A stretch of 64,000 nt of DNA from Eledone cirrhosa. Lineage: Eukaryota. The stretch spans positions 243,474,001-243,538,000 of the forward strand of contig OZ024742.1 of NCBI GenBank assembly GCA_964016885.1, given 5' to 3'. The notes below the pieces were generated by a model, which did not search any database, was not told where the DNA came from, and saw only the letters and a list, made by a program, of their open reading frames with translations. Below are positions 51,501-61,657 of the stretch, piece by piece (position 1 is the stretch's first letter; each line of letters begins with the position of its first letter). Position numbers and translations under genes: made by a program.

Positions 51501-52554
51501 GTCATTGTATTCTTGTTAAAAATATGGATGCAGAAGGATTAAATTGATTTGTAAATGTAATCATTGTTTTACATCTACTTTTCCATGCTGTCTTCAATAA
51601 TATCTCAACTGAATAACGACCAGTAGTTTGAGTTATGGGTTCAAAATTGTTATTCAATTCATAGTTCAATTTCTCCTTTCACTGACAACATTGTACCAGC
51701 ATCCTAGAATCCACTTTATTCATATCAAAATGCTCTATAAGCCATAGACATGCAATGTCTATGGCTTAGTGCCTTCAGACTCTGCATAAATTTTACCATT
51801 AAACCATTTTCAACCGAATTCAAGCAATATTTTATTCCTGAATAAATGAAATTTCTAAAATAATCGCATTGATATTTAGTTATTTATAACAATAGAAACA
51901 AGCTTTATGACAATTTCATTTATAAAAATAACTCGATTCAGAAAGGTCATCTACTTTAAGCATAGTTAAATATAACCACAAGTGTACTTTCAATGTCAGT
52001 TTGTTTCTTTTCTAAATTCTATACAAATATCCATGACTGATTCCGAATCTAGATTGAAATGGTGAGATCTTCTGATAGAGGTATCTTTCCTTTTCAACTT
52101 CTATTCCAGCTCTCACTTTAATATATGTATTCAAAGAATTACAAAGTGCCATTTTCATTGATACCATAATCAAATCATTTGTGTCTGTTGTATCAGATAG
52201 GTTGGAAAACTTCCTTCTTGCAAGCTAAATAGAAGTTAGTGTTATTAAAAAGAGAATAACCAAATATTGCAAAGCATGCCATTCGACTCTTTAACAATTC
52301 CACTGCCCTTAGACTGGTATTTTATTTATTAACCTTAAAAGGGCGAAAGGTTAAAGTTGATCTCAACTTTGTTTTACGTCCTTTCGGGGTCGATAAATAA
52401 AGTATCAGTCTAGGGGAAGTGAATTGATGGAATTATTACATCTAACAAAATGTTTTGTAATATTCGTTTTAACTCTTTGCATCCTGAAATCTGCATTTGG
52501 CAGGTGTGGTCAGATAGTTATTGAGGTTTCATCATGTAGTGGTTTGAAAACCAG

Positions 52555-52602
<48 letters not shown>

Positions 52603-55600
52603 CAAATGTACTATATCCATCTAATATTACACATATGAAATCATTTATTAGTAATATGGTCATTTTATCTTTTATAAAGTAATAAAAACCATGAAAAACA
52701 CAAACAAGATTTCTGAAGAATTTGCTATTTATTTACAACTTGATATACTTTTCTAAAATAAAAGTTTTCCATAACAATTTAGAATATACATAAATGAGTT
52801 GTATAACAGAAGCAAAACTGTTCTTCAGCTAGCATAATATAATCACGAATTCTGAGAAATTACAAGTGTATTCTTAAATGTCACAAACAAATTATTCGCA
52901 AAATACAACAAAGCAACAAAACCTTTGAATATAATAAAACATTATAATGTATCTGCAAGCTTAGAGACAAGTTAAAAATTAAAAATAAGTTGTTAAAAAT
53001 TAACCAGATATTAATAATTATTGGAAAATAGCCCAATATGATATTTTAATGAATTTTTCTTTTTTAAATGTAAATACTGAGATGCCACCAATTGCTAATA
53101 CTGTTGCATTTGAGGAGTGGAATAGTTCATTTTCGTAAATACTACAACTGGTTGCTCACCTTGTGTGTACTGCTTCCAAAATAATCAAATCCGCCTCTTT
53201 CAGAATTAGTTGCTTCTGCTGTCAAAGTAGATGCTTGGTCTCCTGGTACCCCTTCTTCAGAATGTGAAATAGTCCCTTGAGTCATATTTTGAGCTTCAGA
53301 TGCTGGAGATAAAGGCTGTTGCCAAGATTGTGTCCCAGGTAAGGCCGAGACCTGCTGCTGCTGACCACCAAATGCTTGATTATCGTGTGTAGTAGTATTT
53401 CCAGGCCCAAGATGAGTATCAGGTCCAACTGTCTCTATAAAAATATTAGAAACAAATAAGAAATCATAAAGAATCTTCCTTATATATGAAACAGTTCTAT
53501 ATGAGCAAGACACAGTCATCTGACCCCACTTGCCTCAAATGGGACAACCCATCTAACCCATGCTAGCATGGAAAGTGGACGTTAAATGATGATGATATTT
53601 GCTAAAAGAGCAACAACAACAAAAACATTACTTTACTTTTTTCTGACTGTTTTTCATCTATTATCCATACTAGCAAGTGTAAGGTAGCATTTGAAAGAAA
53701 ATAATGGTTGTGAGGTTAAGATATTTGATTGCTGAAGACAGTAATGAATGCAAACGCAACTCCGATTGCTTTAGTCTGTTTGACATTACTTTCATTGTTA
53801 CTTCACAGGTAGTTCGTATCAGGAAGGGAAATCAACAATAATAACTTCAAAAGTATGTGAATGTCCAAATTTAAAAATTCATCCAATTCAAACTAGAATA
53901 GAAAAATGACTGGAAAATATTTTCTAATGGGTAATGATTCTTTTCTTACTTAAAATGTAAAAAAGAATAATCTTTAGAATGCAGTTTTCACTCTCTATGT
54001 GATGTGTTGTTTTCTTGAGCAAGACACTTTATTTCACATTGCTCCAGTTTACTCAGCTGTAGAAATGAAATGATAGGACTGGGGTCCCTATCATTCCACT
54101 GCAAAGTGGTCATGGAGGTGCCATGGCAAAAAAGCACCCAGCACTCACTGTCAATGAGGTTGGTGTTAGGAAGGGCATCCAGGAGGTGTAGAAATCAAGC
54201 CAGAATCAGTTCCCATCCCACCCTTGCAAGCAGGGAAAAGCAGATGTAAAATGATGATGATGACGATATATATCAAAATTTTATATTACAAGTGTCTTTT
54301 ACTATAGCCTCAAGTTTGTCAATGGCTTGTTAGTGAAATTTGGTTCACTGAAATTATGTGAAAGCCTATAGCATGAGCATATATATCTCATACATCAGTT
54401 TATGTCCATTTTCCATTATATATATATATATATATATACACAAGTGGAAGCTTAGTAAAATCGACCTACAATAGGAATGAGTTAGCAAAGCCTTAGAGTA
54501 ATAACATACGTTTAAATAGCTTGACAAATTGAACATTGCGGTAGGCAAAACCTAACCACACAATACCAAAGTAACGAAAAAACTAACAGGTTAAAAAGAT
54601 ACACCTGGACAAATCAAACGATATACGTTTAAAGTGTTTCTATGAATCTGAAATCAGTTATCCAACTTACGTAACAGGCACGCTTGTGGTATTCCATGAT
54701 CGAATATATATAGTTACTGAGGCAGAGCTGTCAACTCTCATCCCCTGAGAGGTTGTATTTACTGCAACAATGTGCAAAACTTATCAATAGGAAAACTGAC
54801 CTAATGTTTGGCTGCTACCAGAGAAGTGCACAGTTAGGCAACTTCAAACTACTGAACCCAGATATCCCATAAAAATCACCTTAGTTCCACCCAATTCATA
54901 TGTAGGTGTGAGGTAGACAGTTCAATCCAACATACACACCTTAAAAATACCAACATTAAACCCACAAAATACCACAACTCAACATTCAGCCCACTAGCAA
55001 CAGCTGAAGACCTACAAGTCTCAATGTCATCACCAGGATGCCAATGAGATCACTGGTTTGCACTGAAATTAATGCTGAAACATGAACTTCCTTATGCCGT
55101 TGCTTACTTATCAGCAATCCTACGTGGCCTAAACCAACCTATGGAGGATCTTAGCAGCATGACCCCAAACTCCATTCTTCATTTTGTTTTGCTTTTCTCC
55201 AATCCACTTGATGATTTAGATGTGTTTTCATCTTGAAACCACTATTAATGGGGAATTAAACTGTTAGCATAAATACTATATATCATTACCATTTAATGTA
55301 TATTTTCCATGCTTGCATGGATTAGATGAGTTGTCACATTCTAAGGCCAAGCTGATCAAGAGAAAAATGTCTTGGTTCATACATTCCTGTTTTGGCTTGG
55401 TTTTCTATGGCTTGATGCCCTTCCTAATGCCAACCACTTTACAGGATGTACTCAGAAAATTTTATCAAGATTCCAGCACTACCACCTTACATGGTGGACT
55501 GAAGATATGAGAGAGAGAGAGATTGGAATGAGAATCCAAGCATTTGTAAAGATTTTGAGAGTTATAATGTATTGTTCACATGTAGAGGGGATATAATACA

Positions 55601-58600
55601 AGATTGTTTCATTTCTTTCACATGTTTAGTGATTGTGTCTTTTGTGTTGTTAAATGAAATATTTTTGAGATCTCTGTTCATTTGGGATGTTTTAGTTTAT
55701 AGTGAGGTATCAAAGTTTCATGTAGACAATGCCTGTATATAGTAGTTTAAAGAGGAGTGAAAAGACTAGGCTTCCATTTCAAAGCCAGAAAATACTCCAG
55801 CTTTGTTCACTTGCTACAAAGATCAAGAAAGGTTCATGGTGTAATACAGATCATATATCTGGCGGGATGCTACTGCCTCACACCTAAACACACGCATACA
55901 CACCAACATCATGAACCACATCCAAAAGAAAGCCACTTAACTATCTGACAAATATTTACTCACCAATAGGCAATGAATACTCTCTTATAAGATGTGCTGT
56001 TTCTTCTCTTTCCTTCTACCATTACAACAACAGTCTTTGTTTCCCTGAACCCATCTTGTGCTAAGCAATTTTTCTAATCTCCCACCCCACTCATCATCTG
56101 GAATTCCTTCCTACCCAACCATGATTCCAGCAAATTTTGACCAGCAGTTTTTCAAACTGAATATTAAGTAAATCTGTATTAACAACCTGAAAGACCCCAC
56201 AAAGGTTACTGCCACTGCCTCACCTGCTTTGACTCATCATTATTGCTTTTACAACTTTTTCCATGCTTGCATGAGTTATAATGAGTTCTAATTTAGGTCA
56301 ACAATTTCAGAGGAGGCGAAAGTCAATTAAATCAACGCCAGTGAGTTACTGGTGCTTTATTTTATCGACCCAGTAAGGAGGAAAGGCAAAGCTAATCTTG
56401 GTGGGATTTGAACTCCGAACATAAAGGGCCATAACTATGCCACAAAGCATGTCTGATGCTCTACTGATACTGCCAATCCACCGCCCTGAGACTTCTTTAG
56501 GCAGGTTTTCTAAGGCTGGGTGCCATTCTTAATGCCAACCCATAGCTTCTCTTTTTAAGTATGGTTTATACTGCAATGCAAGACGTATTGTTGATAGGAA
56601 ACAATGTCACTGTTCACTTATTATAAAAAGTGTCGATATGACTTATCATTTAGCAGTCATTTTCCCTGCTAAAAAGGCTTGGACAGGTCATCAGAGACAA
56701 ATCAGTATTCAAGCAAAACTACTGACCTCTCTGATGGGGCTAGGGCCCTTCATCTCATACATTACCACACTATCAATAGCACCAATGGACCAGAAAAATA
56801 ATAATTGCTATCATCATCATCATTCTTCTTCGACTACTGTCAAGATGATGGATCTCACCCTCATGCCCCAGAATTCCCTGTCCCCCATATAGTGTGGTTC
56901 CCTGAGGAACAGGAACCTTGGTGTAGTCAGTTGCGAAATCCATCATCTTTTCAAATAGCTAATAATGTGTGTGGGCGCCACTACTACACACATGTGAAAG
57001 AATTTGACAGCCAAGTCTTGAAGAAGGTGCTTTCTCCTCCGTGTGGTGGGTTACCCGGCGCCAGATACCAACCTGGCATTTATACCCTCGCCCTAATTGT
57101 TCGTGTTGCAAGCACTAGAGTAGTCGCTAACCAACGCTACGGACCCACTCTATCTGTCTGGAGATACGTTGTACTCGCTTACCAGCATACTAGTAGCAGG
57201 AAGTTGACTTTTCCGGCACTGCAGCGCCTTTCGGCGGGCCGTGCTGGTTTTGGATGGCCATTGACTCCAAGAGCTCTTAAGAGCTCCCAGGAGTTCCTTT
57301 GCCCTTTGACAGGTTTTGTTTTTAGTCCTGCAGGATGTCCAAAGTCACCCTCCTCACCAAGAAATCTTGGTGGAGTTGCCAGTTTAGTCGCCAACGACCC
57401 AACCATGAGACAGGTTGTACTGGGATACATGTTACCAGTAGCACCAACTGGTGACCTGACATATATACTAGCACAATATATACATTCAAGAGATAAATGA
57501 AAATATATTACCTTGTGGGGCATGGATTCCAGACTCATTCTGGTGATAATTTGAATTCTGTGATGCATCAGTTTCTTCTTGATAGTTATATATAGATTCT
57601 TGTTGTTGTTGCTGTTGTTGGTGCTGCTGTTGCTGCTGCTGCTGCTGCTGTAGTGGTGGTTGTTGTGTATAATTGTAGGAATATTCTACAAACAAGAATA
57701 AAATATCATCACATGAATAAATATTTTAAGATTCCCTGCTAAGCCCATTGCAAGCCCCATGACACATCATGGGATCTTTTTTTAAGAAACCCACTACCCA
57801 AGATCGATAATTTTGCTAATTCGCACATTTGCATAAAAGTAACTTATCTAAATGTCATTTAACTTATATTATAATTACTAACCATCCACCTATCAAATGG
57901 AAATTATATTCCTTATTTCTCAGCTAGAGTAAGATGAATAAAATGCTTAAGGCTAAACTGCAATATTTAACCTTAACTTAATAGTTAATATACTAAACTA
58001 CTACTTCAATACATTCACAATGAAGTTTTATTCTTCTTTAATCATTACAATATATATGATGAAAAGAAATTACAGAATATAATCTTTCCCCTCAATACAC
58101 TTTGTAAAGTGTCTGGTGTTAGGAGAGGTATCCAGCAGTAGATACCATGCCAAAAAGATGTGAGGGGATATTTCAGTTACATCAAGGACATGAGACTCAG
58201 TCTAGAGCTGGCACCACAATCAAGTGCACCCAGTAGACTCTATAAAGTGGTTGGTGTTATCAAGGGCATCAGGCTGTAGAAATCATACCAAAACTGGAAT
58301 ATGTCAGCAAATGGCTCCACGCCCATCTAGGAAGACAGTAGCTCTGTTTAAGTGCTGACTTATCTGTAATGACCCATCCAACCTATGCCAGCACAGAAAA
58401 ATGAACATGTGATGAGTTGTGATATCCCAAATTGCAGATTTGTCCAAGCCACACCAGTCTGGTAAAAACAGACATTCATATGCTAAAAATGATGATGATG
58501 ATGATAAGCATAGAAAAATAGATGTATGATGATGATGATTGTTTAATATGACACTAAGGACTTGTAATTTTAATGGCACAAAAACAAAAGTATTTACCTG

Positions 58601-61600
58601 CATTTCCATTAAAATGCTGATCATTTAGCATTTGTTGTTGTTGTTGTTGTTGTTGCTGTTGCTGTTGTTGTTGCTGTTGCTGTTGCTGTTGTTGTTGCAC
58701 TTGTTGCTGTGCATTAACTGGATTGTTAAAATAATTATTATTAGATAAATGCTGTTCATGAAAAGGTTGTTGTTGTTGTTGTTGGTGTTGGTGTTGTTGT
58801 TGGTGTTGTTGTTGGTGTTGTTGTTGGTGTTGTTGTTGGTGTTGTTGTTGGTGTTGTTGTTGGTGTTGTTGTTGTTGGTGCTGCTGCTCTCCACTGTAAC
58901 CAACCTCAGCAGCAACATTAGACACTCCCCATTGTGAATCTTGAAGATAACTTCCCATTGTTCCTTGTGAATATCCAGACATCAACGAATCTTGCATATT
59001 ATTTAGATAATTTGCCACTTCCCCACTTTCACTGCTAGTTGCAGTTGTTTGAGGTCCTAACGGTGTAGCAGAACCAGATAGTGGTTGTATCACACCTTCC
59101 TATAAAGAAAAAAAAAAGTTGAAACAAATTTATTTTCCTCTTCAATATTTCAAGTGAAAAATATATAATTTTTGCCAGAATTTTCAAAAGACATTTAAAT
59201 AATTTAAATTATATACTTCTTGATAGAATGAGAGGAAGAGAACAGCAAATTTATGAATTAACTAAGATTTTGAAGTAAATGATGTTCTATATTATAAGCA
59301 CCCAATTGAGACAAGAGCAACTAGGACATTGAGCTTGTTTTTATTATTTTATCTCAATTTCATAATTATAACTAATATCATTAACAAATTTACCTTTAGT
59401 GAAAAATATACAAGATTTACAAAGTATATTTGTTATGTTAACAGAAAATACACACAAGTGTTTAAGAAATATATATATTATCTATTACAGAAAATCTAAA
59501 ATATATAGTTCCTTTACTGATTCTAGTTGACTGGATCTAGAATACTGAAGGACTGCAAAAATTAATAACAAAAACTTCTACTTACTTCAAAGTTTTTACA
59601 GACATTTCCCAACTGTTGTAGCCAAACTGGATCAGACATATCTCCTTGTTGTAAATGTTGTGGATCATAACACTTCAGGCGGTTGGAGATCTACAATTAA
59701 GCAAATAATGAATTCATAATTCTAGATTAGGTTTTCTAAATTAAAAATTCAGTTTACTCCCAGTATTTGCAGTCCCAGTGTTCATGGTCCCAGTTATTCA
59801 CGGAATTTTCCTTAGAACCTAACTAATAATTGTTCATGGAAACCACTGCATTTTCGCGAAATGTAAATATCTTTGGATTTTTTTATGGCTTTTTTGTGGC
59901 AATATAAATATTTTTTAATGCTAAATTATTAATAACAATATAGCATATTTGCCGGCCAATTGGATACCCCTTCACATAAAACACTCCTTTTTTTATTATA
60001 TTTTACATTTTATTTTGATGTCTATAGGCATTTTTATGGACCACGTCCAAATTTGCGGTTTTTCACTCTTTGCGGGTGCTCTAGGAACGTAACCTCTGCG
60101 AATACCGGGGGACAACCGTATTACTTTACAGAATATGCTCAGACACTTATTTTCTTTTTTTAATTTTGATCCATGCCTCATTGATGAAACTTTTGTTGCA
60201 ATTTAAGAAAAAGTTTTGTATCGATGACAAAACTCTGGAAAAAGATAAGAGAAAAGAAATAACTAAAAATGCAGTTATGCCAAATTCTTTGATCCTTCAA
60301 AAACTTTTACAAGGTCTGTACATTTACTGACTGCATGCTCCTATTAAACAATACTTCAAAGACATTTTGTACACAATCTATTTAGTGCAGAAAGCAGAAT
60401 ATATAAAAGTTCTCTAAGCTTCTTTCAGCCAGTGATTCTACAACTAGTACTGAAGAACTCCAGAAACAGAGTAGCAGATAAATTCAAACATATAAGGTAA
60501 TGCAAGAAATGTTTAAGAAGTTGCCCATACATCATGTTCCAAATCTGAAGATTCAAAATAATTAGCAACTAATTTCCCATTACAGCTGGAATGGTGAGGC
60601 TGGACTAAGGGAACAGTATCAGAATCTTCCACAAACTTCCTGTTCCAAGTCAATAAACTCCTGATCAAAGAAGTGATCTGCACCAATACCTTCTCTAGTG
60701 GAGACTTGGTGAAATCATCATCAGACTAAGGCTTCACTGCCCAACAGGCTGAATATCACAAGCTAACAAAGTACCAGATACTGTTTGATAACTTTCATGT
60801 TAAACCTATATCAGTGAAAACATCTAACACCCTGGACATTCCCTTTCCCCCACTTCTCTCCAGCTGCTTTCCTACCCACTTCGTTCAGGATGGAGATGGC
60901 TATCCAAAAATGAGCCCCAAAAGATCAATTAGCTCTTTCACTGTACCTCCCTTGCCATCCTCTGAGGTAACACAGTTTCAATTTTGTCTGACTGGACCAT
61001 GAAACATTTGTAGGACATGCTGTGATTGCCTTTGTTTATTAAAGTAATTTGAAATTATCACCAAAGTTCAAATTCTAAGCAGTTTCATCATTTAGCTGAC
61101 ATTCCCATCTTCTTTTCTCGTATATTATCATAGTATATTCAGCACTACATATTATATTCAGTACTACATCATCCACAAATATTCCTTGATTTTAAAGACA
61201 ACTCAAAATTTATTTTCAAGTTCAAATAACAGAACTGTACAAACTAAAGAAAATTCTATTTTATATATAGCATGGCCTAGTTGTTAGTGTGTTAGCCTCA
61301 CAATCATAAATAAAGTCATATGTTAAATTCCCAAACCAGGACACATATTGTGTTCTTGAGCAAGACATTTCATTTTACATTGCTCCAGTCGACTCAGCTG
61401 AAAAAATGAGTGCTAGCAATAGCAGACTTGTACTCTCAGTCACTTAACACCCAAGAAACTAAGATAAGTTTCAGACTTTATCCAACTTAGGGAAACATGG
61501 AAAAGTGGATGTAAAAATGGCAACTAACATAACAGAATAAACTGATAAAGTTAATGATAGAGAAACTTACCTCATTTAGCACCTTAACCACAGTTAACTG

Positions 61601-61657
61601 ATAGCAGACTGGGTTACTTATCACAGATAATGATATCACTTCACAATAATGCAATGC
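6096..61657 (-). CDS. SEC16: Sec16 (SEC16A-like) COPII scaffold, 3' portion of a multi-exon gene; 5' exons lie beyond the window
   Basis: 13 exons join in frame with GT-AG boundaries. Sec16 motifs appear in order: [78 protein letters not shown]. Confidence 0.93.
6540..6970 (+). mobile_element. Older fragment of the same LINE family as 31050-32215
   Basis: [19 protein letters not shown]...PSEKWP. Confidence 0.75.
7655..7797. repeat. (GT)n microsatellite
   Basis: Directly visible; (TA)n tracts also occur at 6476-6536, 45467-45530 and 52556-52600. Confidence 0.95.
9900..10560 (-). mobile_element. Possible decayed hAT transposase remnant
   Basis: FCTDG-like and LFCS-like traces with many stops; weak. 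Confidence 0.25.
10879..11120. mobile_element. Decayed TTAA-type MITE; inverted relative at ~46757-46970
   Basis: Shared ATTACTATATTTCTAATGAAAGAC motif in opposite orientations. Confidence 0.5.
12075..12283. mobile_element. piggyBac-type MITE
   Basis: TTAA|CCCTTT...AAAGGG|TTAA; second copy at 19240-19460. Confidence 0.85.
14432..14536 (-). CDS. Candidate structured cassette exon [35 protein letters not shown]
   Basis: GC-rich island; CTAG| acceptor and CTG|GTATAT donor; 105 nt, open, phase 0-0; weak polypyrimidine tract. Confidence 0.4.
16933..17665. repeat. Compound (TA)n/(CA)n microsatellite, ~730 bp
   Basis: Directly visible. Confidence 0.98.
17864..17929 (-). CDS. SEC16: Sec16 cassette-type exon [22 protein letters not shown]
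   Basis: TTCCAG| acceptor and CAG|GTAAAC donor; 66 nt, phase 0-0; resembles vertebrate SEC16A LSRCSSMSSLSREV (from memory). Confidence 0.88.
19032..19111 (-). CDS. SEC16: Sec16 exon (G)[26 protein letters not shown]
   Basis: AATAG| acceptor and GAG|GTAAGA donor; 80 nt, phase 1-0, which restores the frame. Confidence 0.85.
19240..19460. mobile_element. piggyBac-type MITE, second copy
   Basis: TTAA TSD and CCCTTTA(A/G)CATT TIRs. Confidence 0.85.
20615..22570 (-). mobile_element. 5'-truncated RTE-clade LINE (RT domain and C-terminus), GC-rich, frameshifted
   Basis: Motifs [59 protein letters not shown]; (ACAAGT)n tail; flanking duplication. Confidence 0.93.
22633..22787 (-). mobile_element. 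Short retro-insert with (ACAAGT)n tail inside a decayed tRNA-derived SINE
   Basis: Flanked by GCTTCCCAACTA at 22621-22632 and 22788-22799; the SINE sequence resumes after 22799. Confidence 0.65.
23457..23585 (-). CDS. SEC16: Sec16 exon (G)[42 protein letters not shown]
   Basis: CTAG| acceptor and CTG|GTAAGT donor; 129 nt, phase 1-1; R..YVDV.NP and FVP motifs. Confidence 0.93.
23798..23972 (+). mobile_element. CORE-like SINE with 13-bp TSD CAATTATATGAGA
   Basis: TSD at 23785-23797 and 23973-23985; B-box-like GAGTTCATATCC. Confidence 0.8.
24040..24372 (+). mobile_element. Full-length tRNA-derived SINE with LINE-like tail and (GAT)n end
   Basis: A box TGGATTAGTGG and B box GAGTTCAATTC; near-identical 5'-truncated copy at 53998-54263. 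Confidence 0.8.
25214..28070 (+). mobile_element. Non-autonomous LTR retrotransposon (Gypsy-like); LTRs 25214-25704 and 27591-28070
   Basis: Two highly similar ~490/480-bp direct repeats starting TGTAG; AAGC TSD; tRNA-Trp-like PBS (TGATGACCCAGCCGTG); PPT AAATAGGGGG before the 3' LTR; no recognisable gag/pol. Confidence 0.9.
28638..28815. repeat. Local tandem duplication of ~90 bp
   Basis: ATGCTATACATTGCTCCTCT...GAGGATGACC(G/A)ACAAA occurs twice. Confidence 0.8.
31050..32215 (+). mobile_element. Degenerate LINE (RTE-like) RT fragment with a Cys-rich insert
   Basis: [63 protein letters not shown]; internal stops. Confidence 0.85.
33099..33164 (-). CDS. SEC16: Sec16 exon (P)[21 protein letters not shown]
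   Basis: Long CT tract with CCAG| acceptor; GTG|GTAAGT donor; 66 nt, phase 1-1. Confidence 0.85.
33167..33380. repeat. Purine-rich simple repeat (GAAAAA/GACA)n, an extended polypyrimidine tract on the transcribed strand
   Basis: Visible low-complexity tract directly upstream of the 33164 acceptor. Confidence 0.9.
33605..39480. repeat. ~5.9 kb minisatellite, 28-bp unit AGTAGCTAGGAGAGTAGGT(A/G)GGTGGGT(T/G), roughly 200 copies
   Basis: Directly visible tandem array with 24/28/32-bp unit variants; degenerate (GGTA/GGTG)n flank at 33437-33605. Confidence 0.99.
40625..41900 (-). mobile_element. Degenerate LINE RT and C-terminus fragment
   Basis: [44 protein letters not shown]. Confidence 0.85.
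42010..42725 (+). mobile_element. Cluster of four head-to-tail CORE-like SINE copies
   Basis: Repeated GTTCAAATC...CTTTGC(C/T)TTTCATCC...AAAGTACCAGT modules. Confidence 0.7.
42869..43024. mobile_element. Tc1/pogo-type MITE
   Basis: TA|CCGCATTTCCCGGCG...CGCTGGGAAATACAG|TA. Confidence 0.75.
43411..44490 (-). mobile_element. Tc1-like transposon remnant (3' TIR and decayed DDE transposase)
   Basis: TIR CAGTGTTGTGCATAATT; motifs [43 protein letters not shown]. Confidence 0.88.
45275..45374 (-). CDS. SEC16: Sec16 exon [33 protein letters not shown]
   Basis: ATCAG| acceptor and |GTAAG donor; 100 nt, phase 0-1; IVWD...KW.N...PPP motif. Confidence 0.94.
47004..47102 (-). CDS. SEC16: Sec16 exon [33 protein letters not shown]
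   Basis: TTCAG| acceptor and |GTAAG donor; 99 nt; conserved C-terminal GW...LPxDKN motif. Confidence 0.93.
47630..48005 (-). mobile_element. tRNA-derived SINE (third family; also 24660-24840 and ~22590-22920)
   Basis: Head GGCTGTGTGGTTCAGGAG...GGTTCTGTCC and body CTACTATAGCCTTGGG. Confidence 0.65.
48264..48398 (-). CDS. SEC16: Sec16 exon [20 protein letters not shown]...KPKP
   Basis: T-tract with GTAG| acceptor and |GTAAGT donor; 135 nt, phase 0-0; RxRTxSESS motif. Confidence 0.9.
48609..48632 (-). CDS. Candidate 24-nt microexon NELRIARK
   Basis: TTTTATTAG| acceptor and consensus AAG|GTAAGT donor; symmetric phase 0-0. Confidence 0.5.
52165..52224 (-). CDS. Candidate Sec16 cassette exon [20 protein letters not shown]
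   Basis: CACTAAC branch-like motif, TTTAG| acceptor, ATG|GTATCA donor; 60 nt, open, phase 0-0 in a phase-0 intron. Confidence 0.45.
53160..53434 (-). CDS. SEC16: Sec16 exon (E)TVGPDTHLG...[12 protein letters not shown]
   Basis: TTATAG| acceptor and AAG|GTGAGC donor; 275 nt, phase 1-0. Confidence 0.87.
53998..54263 (+). mobile_element. 5'-truncated copy of the SINE at 24040-24372
   Basis: Direct sequence match over ~260 bp. Confidence 0.8.
54450..55170 (-). mobile_element. Decayed Penelope-like remnant
   Basis: GIY-YIG-like C..CSKY trace near 54770; weak. Confidence 0.3.
56850..57460 (-). mobile_element. Probable 5' leader/UTR fragment of a non-LTR retroelement
   Basis: Sharp-edged GC-richer island starting GTCAGGTCACCAG, with several hairpins; family assignment from memory only. 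Confidence 0.45.
57512..57685 (-). CDS. SEC16: Sec16 exon (E)[14 protein letters not shown]...GIHAPQ
   Basis: TGTAG| acceptor and AAG|GTAAT donor; 174 nt, phase 1-1. Confidence 0.85.
58598..59099 (-). CDS. SEC16: Sec16 exon [15 protein letters not shown]...polyQ/(QQQH)n...HFNGNA
   Basis: T-rich tract with TATAG| acceptor; CAG|GTAAAT donor; 502 nt, phase 0-1; matches ORF 58554..59093. Confidence 0.88.
59586..59690 (-). CDS. SEC16: Sec16 exon [35 protein letters not shown]
   Basis: TAG| acceptor and |GTAAG donor; 105 nt, phase 0-0; RLK.YDP...WL motif. Confidence 0.92.
59750..60118. mobile_element. Tigger/pogo-type MITE
   Basis: Imperfect TIRs CAGTTTACTCCCAGTATTTGCAG and CTGCGAATACCGGGGGACAACCG|TA. 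Confidence 0.65.
61571..61657 (-). CDS. SEC16: Sec16 exon [29 protein letters not shown] (end of central conserved domain)
   Basis: TAG| acceptor and GAG|GTAAGT donor; 87 nt, phase 0-0; ALHYCE motif. Confidence 0.92.

Noticed and set aside
56805-57568. 231-aa and 129-aa ORFs as nested genes
   Set aside because: No recognisable domain; they coincide with a GC-rich retroelement-like island
58625-58937. PolyN and polyL ORFs
   Set aside because: Alternative frames or strand of the polyQ exon
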